Shown: one piece after another, positions 28,639-35,578 of the stretch
Numbering within the stretch: the first letter of the stretch is position 1
Layout: each line of letters opens with the position of its first letter
DNA from: an uncultured Ignavibacteriales bacterium
Lineage (GTDB): Bacteria > Zixibacteria > MSB-5A5 > GN15 > JAAZOE01
Length of the DNA: 35,578 bases
Direction: 5' to 3'
NCBI GenBank assembly: GCA_964611355.1
Contig: CAZSYD010000024.1
Location: 1-35,578 of the forward strand
Position numbers and translations under genes: made by a program
The notes under the pieces: model-generated
What the model was told of the DNA's origin: nothing
What the model saw: only the letters and a program-made list of their open reading frames with translations
The model's database searches: none

Positions 28639-29769
28639 TTATATCAAATACCCTTTCATAAATTTCGGGTAATAGATAAAAAGGGCCAGTAGTAACCCAA
28701 GAGCAATATAAGCCAGCTTGATCCATCGTGGTCGCGGGGAGACGGCTATGATCATGGCTGCGGGGAACAGAAGAATAAAGTGCCTCCATATTGAAATCAC
28801 CGATCCGGTCGCCGGAGAGAACAAATAAAGGGCCACGAAATAAGCCGTCAGCTCCGGCTTGATTCGGTACGGAAAGAATATGAAAAAGATAAGTCCATAC
28901 CAGAGGATAGTGAAGTTGGCAAGAAAGCAGGTGTGTACGGATTCCATAAAATGCGCATCGCTTTGAAACTGAAAATGTTTTAGCGATTGCCGGATAACAG
29001 TCAGCGGAAAACCCCATTGACGGTCGTATTTCTCCTGGAAATGCAGCATCAGCAGAAAATCGTCGAACTTAATATAAAAGTACAGCGACAAGATAAGCGG
29101 TCCCAGCGCAAAAGGAAGAATATAATAAGCGATATCTTTTGTAACCGTCTGCCAGTGCGGCCGCAGGACAGTTTTTCGATAATGATTGACAAGCATCACC
29201 ATGGGAATAATTGCCATAATGAATGCCGATGGATAAGAAAGCGAAATAAAAAACGCCAGCAGGGGGAGCATATATGCCCGCCCTCGGGCTTTTGACATAT
29301 ATAAATAATAAAGGTAGGCGCCAAATAAAAACAGCATGAGGCTATAAGGGAAACCTGTCAAAAAATAGAAGGCAGTCGGTGTCGCCGCCAGCGCAATCGT
29401 TCCGATCAAAGCGGCCTTGTCGTTGGAAAGCCTACGCAGGATATTGTAGAAAATAATAAAACCAAGGAATGAAAAAAGATAAGGCAGGACCATCATACCT
29501 GATCGAACCTGCCCCAGCGACAGAATCCTGACCGCCGCCGGCCAGGCCGGAAACCAGCCGACGTTGCCGCACACTTCGCCCATCGGATAATCCCGGGCCG
29601 GGTCGCACGGCCGCGCAACATATCCTTCTTCGGCGATACTCCGGTAATGGTCAATATCCCAGACCGGCCGAAAAAGCAGATCATTCTTATTATAGATTGT
29701 GATAGAAAGGTAGAGACCGGCGAAAACGGCGAAGATTATAATCGGAATCAGGAGGCTTTTCTTGTCCAT
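28639..29769 (-). CDS. GT-C membrane glycosyltransferase (PIG-V / Mannosyl_trans2-like)
   Basis: The first TM is followed by WDIDHYRSIAEEGY and WFPAWP, matching the WD..Y..IA..GY / FFP.YP pattern of this family, then many TMs. Confidence 0.7.
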   Translation of the reverse strand: MDKKSLLIPIIIFAVFAGLYLSITIYNKNDLLFRPVWDIDHYRSIAEEGYVARPCDPARDYPMGEVCGNVGWFPAWPAAVRILSLGQVRSGMMVLPYLFSFLGFIIFYNILRRLSNDKAALIGTIALAATPTAFYFLTGFPYSLMLFLFGAYLYYLYMSKARGRAYMLPLLAFFISLSYPSAFIMAIIPMVMLVNHYRKTVLRPHWQTVTKDIAYYILPFALGPLILSLYFYIKFDDFLLMLHFQEKYDRQWGFPLTVIRQSLKHFQFQSDAHFMESVHTCFLANFTILWYGLIFFIFFPYRIKPELTAYFVALYLFSPATGSVISIWRHFILLFPAAMIIAVSPRPRWIKLAYIALGLLLALFIYYPKFMKGYLI

Positions 29770-29813
29770 AGACAAAATCTATTGCCGCCGGTCAATAAGA
29801 CAAACAAAAATAT

Positions 29814-30461
29814 TTACGCCCACCCTATATATCGCATCAATTGATAGAGGTAAATCACCGAGATGATAATCGTTGACGCCGTGCGCAGGAAACGATAAAG
29901 CGGCCTGTCGGAAAACACCGGGCATGGCTTTCCCTGAAGTGCAAGGATAAAGATGCGTCCATAGATAAATACCGATAAAGTGATGAGGATCACCGAGGAA
30001 ATACTCAGAAGCTTTATACCGAAGTCGAATTCGATAACATAACTGATCAAAAGAACTGCAACGGAAGCAAAGCAGTATTTTCCGGTAAGATTTGATTGAG
30101 GCGTGATGTTGGTTTTTGATCTGATAATCAGGCCGCCGCTTATGATCAGCAGATCGCGGCCTATTATCAGAACAGCCATTTCAACGGGGAAAGCCCGATA
30201 GATAATCAATAGAATCACCAGAACTCCGGCCAGAATTTTATCCGAGAGGGGATCGAGTATCTTTCCCAGTTCCGTTTTTTGATTAAGTTTTCTGGCGAAA
30301 TAACCGTCAAGATAATCGGATATGGCGGCGGTGACCAAGCAGGCCAGCGCATAGATCCGACTCGTCGGGCCGGGCTGCGATAGAAAGTAAGCGGTGGGGA
30401 AAAGAAGAATCAACCTTCCCATCGAAATCAGGTTGGGAAGTTTGAAAATATCGCGAGCCAT
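29814..30461 (-). CDS. CDP-alcohol phosphatidyltransferase (PgsA-like)
   Basis: LPNLISMGR and the signature SDYLDGYFARKLNQKTELGKILDPLSDK. Start taken as the ATG at 30461. Confidence 0.92.
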   Translation of the reverse strand: MARDIFKLPNLISMGRLILLFPTAYFLSQPGPTSRIYALACLVTAAISDYLDGYFARKLNQKTELGKILDPLSDKILAGVLVILLIIYRAFPVEMAVLIIGRDLLIISGGLIIRSKTNITPQSNLTGKYCFASVAVLLISYVIEFDFGIKLLSISSVILITLSVFIYGRIFILALQGKPCPVFSDRPLYRFLRTASTIIISVIYLYQLMRYIGWA

Positions 30462-30467
30462 ATAACC

Positions 30468-30496
30468 AAGATATTCTTCTTCAGCGTATTTATCAA
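30468..30496 (-). promoter_or_regulatory. sigma70-type promoter positioned for leaderless transcription
   Basis: TTGATA (30496-30491), 17 nt spacer, TATCTT (30473-30468), 6 nt, then ATG (30461). Confidence 0.55.
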
Positions 30497-30535
30497 GCGG
30501 TCTTTGTACGATAATCTGTTGATGCAACGCCAAAT

Positions 30536-30564
30536 AAAAAAAGGCGGGAAGCTTTTCCCGCCTT
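30536..30564 (-). terminator. Rho-independent terminator of the minor-pilin operon
   Basis: Perfect 10-bp stem AAGGCGGGAA/TTCCCGCCTT with a 4-nt loop, running into a T-tract on the minus strand. Confidence 0.88.
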
Positions 30565-30640
30565 CAGGGTGTTTATTGGTCTGCAAAAGAAGCAATTTGC
30601 TATTCAGAAGCGTTTATCAGTATCCTTGTTCCCGACCATC

Positions 30641-32386
30641 TCAATTCATGTCTTCAAAGGCATACCCAACGTGGGACTGCCGCCATCCCATGCGGATAAA
30701 TGTCCGGACCGTCGGCGTTCCCGGCGGCATGTTGGCCGGGTCGTTAAGATCGGTATCAAAAGCCCAGTCACGGGTGGGGGGGTTATAATAAGAACCGCAA
30801 CCGACTGCACCGCTCACCTTTTGCATGAGCCAGAGGTTGATAATAGACCCCCTGATTTTCAATGTCTTGCTGGACCAAGTTTCCAGAAAACGCGGCAGGT
30901 TTTCAAGACCGCCGTTGTACCCGTCGGCGACAGTCGTTTCCTGATTGCCGGTTATATAAGAGAAATTGATTTCGGTATTTATGGCCGGGCGGTCACTTAC
31001 GTTGCCTGAAGTCGTCTTGGCCGGATCATCGCTCCAGTTGTCGGACAGAATCATCAGCGCGTCGGTGATGATCGCCATCGGCTGCTTATTGGTTTTGTTG
31101 ACATCCCCCTTCGTATAAACCGGATTTTCGGAGGCTATCGTAAGTGGATGCCCGATATCGCCGGCGTCGTAAATCCGCGTCCCGCGCAGCCCTGAACGAT
31201 TGTCGGCGGTGTATATGATTCCATTGGAGGGGAAGAAGGACGAATTCTTGAATATGCTCATATCGATATCATATACGGTGATGTCCTGGCCTTCCCGCTT
31301 ATCGTGGAAGGTGGTCGATTTCAGGGAGCTGTCGGCCGTCAGCGAATCGGTGACGTTAACCCAGGCAGTACCGTTATGGAACCAGGCGGTATCGTCCATG
31401 ATCTTGAAAGTGGCCATGTTTTCATAAGAATCCTCGTTGCCGCCGCCGACGGAGTCTCGATCAATAATGCTATAGGGATTGTCGGGGTTATCTATAGGAA
31501 GATTCAATTTTTCCTGGCCGAAAGCGGCATCCTGGACCCTGCCGCCCCAGCGGGTCGCGGCGGAGTCGAACCAGTGGCTGTCGTTGGCATCCAACCAGCC
31601 CCCGGCTTCGCGCATGGAATAGTAGTTGCCGTCGATGCCCTTGATATTGACTTCGCCGTTGGATGTCGAACCGCCTCCCGGTTTGCGGCCGTGATAAGTG
31701 TTGCCGAAGGCAGTAAGATAAGAGTCGATATCAATGGCGTTGCCGGACTGCAGGTAAATGTCGTTGTTGGAGTGAACACGTCCAAAAAGAAGCATACTTG
31801 GTCCGGGAGCGATTTCAAGATCGGTTTCATAGAACACCGAGAACTGGAAGATCGGTACCAGGGCCACCTCGAAGGTTTCCTCCAGGGTTATTGAAATGCC
31901 GTTATTGTTATCGACGGCGGAAGCCGTGATCTTGTACGGAGTAACGCTGCCGTTTAGCCCGGCCAGCGAGCCCTTGGTAATAATCTTCTGAACAACTGTG
32001 TCCTGGGTTGTATTATACTGAATGGTAATGCAGCTGACGCTGAGAGTCCCGGCCGGGAGAGTATCCGGCGGCGTTCCGCTTGCTTCATAGGCCGTCTGTA
32101 TCTGGGCTACTGCCTTGTCCAATCCCGCCTCGGCGGCGTAGAAGGCTTTCATCTCATGCATTTCATTGCCGGCAATGGATATCTCATCATTTGATGATTT
32201 TATAATGCCCAAACCGACAACCGACAGCATGAGGACAAGCATCAGGGCGATGAATAGGGCCATGCCCTGTTCATTGTTTATTGTGCTTAGCCTGATCATA
32301 ATGTCCGCCTTTGTTTTATTCTTAACCAATGTTATGCCTTTCAAACGGCTTAATAACCGTACCCCGTCCTGATAACGACGCCTCAT
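30641..32386 (-). CDS. PilX-like minor pilin with a large C-terminal domain
   Basis: Class III signal EQG|MALFIALML lacks E5, as in PilX. PilX_N motif KAFYAAEAGL. C-terminal GGLENLPRFLETW..YYNPPTRDWAFD..MPPGTP. Alternative start at ATG 32299. Confidence 0.82.
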   Translation of the reverse strand: MRRRYQDGVRLLSRLKGITLVKNKTKADIMIRLSTINNEQGMALFIALMLVLMLSVVGLGIIKSSNDEISIAGNEMHEMKAFYAAEAGLDKAVAQIQTAYEASGTPPDTLPAGTLSVSCITIQYNTTQDTVVQKIITKGSLAGLNGSVTPYKITASAVDNNNGISITLEETFEVALVPIFQFSVFYETDLEIAPGPSMLLFGRVHSNNDIYLQSGNAIDIDSYLTAFGNTYHGRKPGGGSTSNGEVNIKGIDGNYYSMREAGGWLDANDSHWFDSAATRWGGRVQDAAFGQEKLNLPIDNPDNPYSIIDRDSVGGGNEDSYENMATFKIMDDTAWFHNGTAWVNVTDSLTADSSLKSTTFHDKREGQDITVYDIDMSIFKNSSFFPSNGIIYTADNRSGLRGTRIYDAGDIGHPLTIASENPVYTKGDVNKTNKQPMAIITDALMILSDNWSDDPAKTTSGNVSDRPAINTEINFSYITGNQETTVADGYNGGLENLPRFLETWSSKTLKIRGSIINLWLMQKVSGAVGCGSYYNPPTRDWAFDTDLNDPANMPPGTPTVRTFIRMGWRQSHVGYAFEDMN

Positions 32387-32404
32387 TTGATTCCTCCGCT
32401 CAGG

Positions 32405-33220
32405 CTACAGGTTGCGTAGAAAAACCTTTGACTGATAGGTTTCATATCGATAGGGGTTTTGTTCAAACTCGACATCGGGCCTTGGCGTACGGGCGGTTAT
32501 CGCTATCCCGATCTGGCGGATATCCTTTGCCATGGCCGATGGAGGCTGAGAAAGAGTAATGCCGTTTTTTAACGTATAGCTAAACTGAAGATCGACGATA
32601 TCTTCGGCGTATACTTGCGGTGAAGCATTGCCTACCTGAATCATCAGTCTGGGGTGGAGCGTGTCGCTGTAGTCGATATAATACTTCACCCGGTCAACCG
32701 ACAATACCAGCGATCCTTGCGGATAGGGGCGAGAAAGCGGCGCCAGGTTATGTTGAATATGAGACGCTGCGGCTTGTACAAGGGTGATGGTAAAAAATTC
32801 TCCCGATTCAAGGTTGGGGTCGTATATGAACGCGTCCTGTCCATCGTAGAAACAACTGATATCGTGACCGTCGCAGCGAAGCTCCGCGGAGGGTAGAGGC
32901 ATGTCATGTTCAATCGGCGCATCACAGCCGGTGCCGCTTTCATAGAGAATGACTATAGTATCGGGGTTAGTGTCATAGGTCTGCAAAGGGGCAAGCCCGT
33001 TGGGCAGGGCATAACCGGTCATGCGCAACTGGCGGGTCAGTTCATCAATGGACGCGCGGGCGTTTTGCTGCATTTCGATGACTGAATCCTGAATTATCCA
33101 GGCATGATGCTGGTTTATATAGACCTTAAACATGGCGGCCGTTACGATCCCCGAAATAAGGAGAGCGATAAGGGACTCGATCAGCGTTATGCCCTTGTTT
33201 GATCTAAAAATCCTGGCCAT
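32405..33220 (-). CDS. PilW-like minor pilin
   Basis: SNKG|ITLIES prepilin motif with E5, MQQNARASIDELTRQLRMTGY, AEDIVDLQFSY and the C-terminal VFLRNL. GGAGG RBS. Confidence 0.87.
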   Translation of the reverse strand: MARIFRSNKGITLIESLIALLISGIVTAAMFKVYINQHHAWIIQDSVIEMQQNARASIDELTRQLRMTGYALPNGLAPLQTYDTNPDTIVILYESGTGCDAPIEHDMPLPSAELRCDGHDISCFYDGQDAFIYDPNLESGEFFTITLVQAAASHIQHNLAPLSRPYPQGSLVLSVDRVKYYIDYSDTLHPRLMIQVGNASPQVYAEDIVDLQFSYTLKNGITLSQPPSAMAKDIRQIGIAITARTPRPDVEFEQNPYRYETYQSKVFLRNL

Positions 33221-33229
33221 GGTATCCTC

Positions 33230-33595
33230 CTACAGGGAATCGGTTTTAATAAACGTGTTGATGGTGTTTGAATGCGATCTGTTATCCGGAGTCATCCAGA
33301 CGGCCGTAATATCAACCTGCCGGAGATGCGAGCTAACCTTGTTCACCGTCCAGTTCCGAGTGATGGTTCCGACCGTATCCTGACCGGACCGGGGATCCGG
33401 TAGACTCCTTATCTCTTCCAGTTTCTCCTGCAGAGACTGGGTGCAACTCGTCGTTCCCGACGCCCAGGTGTTTCCATCAAGCGCGACCATGGCCATTTGC
33501 AAGAGCACGAGGAGCGAGAAAGACATAATCAGCATGGAGACCATAACCTCCAGCAGGGTAAAACCTTCTTTATTGCTTATTAATCGCCTTTTCAT
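33230..33595 (-). CDS. PilV-like minor pilin
   Basis: NKEG|FTLLEVMVSMLI prepilin motif, QEKLEEIR and VDITAVW. Start taken as the ATG at 33595 after GGAAAGG. Confidence 0.87.
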   Translation of the reverse strand: MKRRLISNKEGFTLLEVMVSMLIMSFSLLVLLQMAMVALDGNTWASGTTSCTQSLQEKLEEIRSLPDPRSGQDTVGTITRNWTVNKVSSHLRQVDITAVWMTPDNRSHSNTINTFIKTDSL

Positions 33596-33633
33596 TATAA
33601 CAGCCTTTCCGCAAAATTTCATTCGAGCTAAGG

Positions 33634-33650
33634 TACAAGATATGTGCCAA
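33634..33650 (-). promoter_or_regulatory. Putative sigma54 (-24/-12) promoter of the minor-pilin operon
   Basis: The minus strand reads TTGGCACATATCTTGTA: a perfect TGGCAC -24 element with correct spacing, and -12 TTGTA instead of TTGCA. Confidence 0.55.
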
Positions 33651-34009
33651 ACTGCCCGGAAGAATACACGGATAAATCAGGTCGTCGGTTTCATTATGAA
33701 ACAGATTAAGCCGACGGGCTAATCGATTACCACAACATATGATAGCTACCTGGGATTTGAAACCGTTCACCGGCTCTAATTCGTGATGATTTGACGAAAT
33801 ACCGTTTCCGGGTACGACTTTTAACCGGATTTTATGGATTTCAGCCCGGCAGGTATGGGGATATCCCGATATCTTTATGAATATTCGGCCGGTTTTGGCC
33901 TGCTGCCTCTTCCGGTAAATCGTGAAAACATGGTAAGGCGTTGACCTGGGAGTAGTTATATGGCCTTTTTGTGTTGCGCGACTTTCAAATAGCCTCCTTT
34001 TTATTTTTA

Positions 34010-34038
34010 TTGCCTTTGGACATCCTGCCCGATATAAT
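34010..34038 (+). promoter_or_regulatory. sigma70-type promoter of the K+ channel gene
   Basis: TTGCCT (34010-34015), 17 nt spacer, TATAAT (34033-34038), with a T-rich UP-like tract upstream. Confidence 0.7.
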
Positions 34039-34062
34039 ATAACTCCCTGAGGGAAAAAACTT

Positions 34063-35061
34063 ATGACTTCCGTACAGAAACTCTGGCTTACGCTGGCATT
34101 CGGAGCGTTGATAATCGCCGTTGGCACGCTCGGGTATAGACTAATTGAAGGTTGGACGATACTCGAGTCTCTCTATATGACCATAATTACCCTGTTTACG
34201 GTCGGGTTCAAAGAAGTCTATCCTCTCTCTGGCCGGGGGCATGTTTTTACCATTTTTTTGATAGTCTTTGGCGCTTTTACAGCCACTTTCATTATCAAGT
34301 CCGTCGCCCAGATTGTTCTTGAAGGGCAACTGCGCGAAATATTGGGAAAAAGAAAAATGGAAAAGAAAGTAGAGAAACTGAAAAACCATATCATCTTGAG
34401 CGGTTATGGCCGGGTTGGTCGTCGGGTGGCCGAGGAATTTGTCCGCCGCCGCGTCCTCTTTATTATTGTTGAACGGGACGAAAACATAATACCCGATGTT
34501 CAGCGAGACGATTATATTTTTATCCAGGGCAACGCCGCCGATGACGAGGTACTGGAGAAGGCCGGGATCAGGCGGGCCAAAGCCATCGTTTCAACCCTGC
34601 CGGACGACGCCGAGAACGTTTATCTCGCGTTGACGGCCCGCCAGATTAATCCGAATTTGTTCATTATCGGCCGGGCGGAATCGAATATGGCCAAAAGGAA
34701 GCTTTTACGGGCCGGCGCCGACAGGGTTGTCTGCCCCCATGAAATCGGAGGTACCCAGATGGCTATGGCTACCCTTCGTCCCAACGTCGTTGATTTTATG
34801 CAACTGGCGGCGGAAGTTCCCGGGGGAGAGAACATTGGCATCGAAGAAATCTCGATCACCAAAGAGGGTCGGCTTACCGGCAAAACTATCATCGAAGCGG
34901 CAATAAAATCCAAGTATGACGCAATCGTCGTCGGCTTGCGCAAGAGACCCGATCAATTGATGTTTAATCCTTCCGGCGAAACCACTATGGAAGATGGCGA
35001 TATTCTGATTGTCCTGGGCACCAGCGATAAATTGGAGCATTTGGCCTCGGACTTGGGGTAA
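34063..35061 (+). CDS. 2-TM potassium channel protein with RCK (TrkA-N/TrkA-C) domains
   Basis: TM, pore helix YMTIITLFTVGFKE, TM; Rossmann GYGRVG; AGADRVVCP; FNPSGET..EDGDILIVLG. Confidence 0.92.
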   Translation: MTSVQKLWLTLAFGALIIAVGTLGYRLIEGWTILESLYMTIITLFTVGFKEVYPLSGRGHVFTIFLIVFGAFTATFIIKSVAQIVLEGQLREILGKRKMEKKVEKLKNHIILSGYGRVGRRVAEEFVRRRVLFIIVERDENIIPDVQRDDYIFIQGNAADDEVLEKAGIRRAKAIVSTLPDDAENVYLALTARQINPNLFIIGRAESNMAKRKLLRAGADRVVCPHEIGGTQMAMATLRPNVVDFMQLAAEVPGGENIGIEEISITKEGRLTGKTIIEAAIKSKYDAIVVGLRKRPDQLMFNPSGETTMEDGDILIVLGTSDKLEHLASDLG

Positions 35062-35104
35062 TTAAGCTCAATTGTAAATATATATATCAGGTATCCCAGT
35101 AATA

Positions 35105-35326
35105 CTATATCAGTCTGCCGTTTACTTGTTCCCTGTGCATGCTCTTGGGGCCCGGTCGTTTCCCCGGCCCCCTTTTCCGTTGATTCAACAACCGAATGGC
35201 GTGCTTGCGATGGTAACCACAGACAGCACAGAACTCCCGGAGGATAATTCCTTTCTCCTCTCTCGAAGCCTGAATATAGCGTTGTCGGATTGTGGTCAGG
35301 TATTCTCGTCTCGAATTTCCACCCAT
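35105..35326 (-). pseudogene. Truncated DDE/integrase-core transposase (ISNCY-like), N-terminus only
   Basis: MGGNSRREYLTTIRQRY..ASREEKG.IL.EFCAVCGYHRKHAIRLL resembles a common transposase N-terminus. The frame stops after 73 aa with no catalytic domain. Confidence 0.75.
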
Positions 35327-35342
35327 ATTCGTGTCTCCCTTC

Positions 35343-35433
35343 GGTAACACTGAATATGAGGCAACGTATCATCTGCCAACTCCATTTTTTATCCCTTTGG
35401 TAGCATCTATTGTGAGGCAATTCGGGCAATTCG
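35343..35433 (-). mobile_element. IS left-end region with repeated terminal motifs
   Basis: Two 22-nt imperfect direct repeats GGTA.CA...A.T.TGAGGCAA (35343-35364 and 35399-35420, 16/22 identical), followed by an exact tandem GGCAATTCG x2 (35416-35433). Confidence 0.55.
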
Positions 35434-35451
35434 TATCTTATCAGAAAAACA

Positions 35452-35479
35452 TTGATGTTGGATTGTATCTGCTTATATT
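35452..35479 (+). promoter_or_regulatory. Possible sigma70 promoter of tRNA-Ser
   Basis: TTGATG (35452-35457), 16 nt spacer, TATATT (35474-35479), 11 nt before the mature tRNA 5' end. Confidence 0.5.
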
Positions 35480-35490
35480 GAAAATGTTAC

Positions 35491-35578
35491 GGAGAGGTGG
35501 CCGAGCGGCTGAAGGCAGCTGCCTGCTAAGCAGTTGACCCCTTGCGGGGTCCCTGGGTTCGAATCCCAGCCTCTCCGC
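35491..35578 (+). tRNA. tRNA-Ser(GCT)
   Basis: Acceptor stem GGAGAGG/CCTCTCC with discriminator G, anticodon loop CT-GCT-AA (35525-35527), long variable arm GACCCC-TTGC-GGGGTC and T-loop GTTCGAATC. The window ends one base after the discriminator. Confidence 0.97.

Noticed and set aside
33570..34127. 185-aa minus-strand ORF across the divergent promoter region
   Set aside because: It overlaps both flanking genes and their promoters and has no recognisable domain.
35491..35578. tRNA-Ser as an integration site with an att repeat inside the window
   Set aside because: No duplicate of the tRNA 3' end and no integrase were seen. Anything downstream of the tRNA is outside the window.

Overview
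This is a gene-dense bacterial chromosomal window. The gene content (PorX-like regulator next to tsaE, kinase-less Wzz, SLBB exporter) suggests an FCB-like or related Gram-negative lineage; this is inference only. From left to right it holds: (1) the left end of an IS1202/ISNCY-like element running off the window edge; (2) a ~14 kb Wzx/Wzy-type surface polysaccharide locus (361-14661), which includes an unusual 4-TM + CBS + SDR epimerase fusion; (3) a housekeeping run of serS, a membrane histidine kinase, a PorX-like REC-PglZ protein, tsaE, tsaB, rimI, accD and folC; (4) a cytoplasmic signalling module of two GAF histidine kinases, a sigma54 enhancer-binding regulator and a degenerate GGDEF-fold protein behind a -24/-12 motif; (5) on the minus strand, a GT-C (PIG-V-like) glycosyltransferase and a CDP-alcohol phosphotransferase, both apparently leaderless, plus a three-gene PilV/PilW/PilX minor-pilin operon with an oversized PilX and a sigma54-like promoter; (6) an RCK-gated K+ channel, a truncated DDE transposase remnant and tRNA-Ser(GCT) at the right edge. 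No CRISPR array, rRNA or prophage was seen. All family assignments come from motifs recognised by eye, with no database searches.
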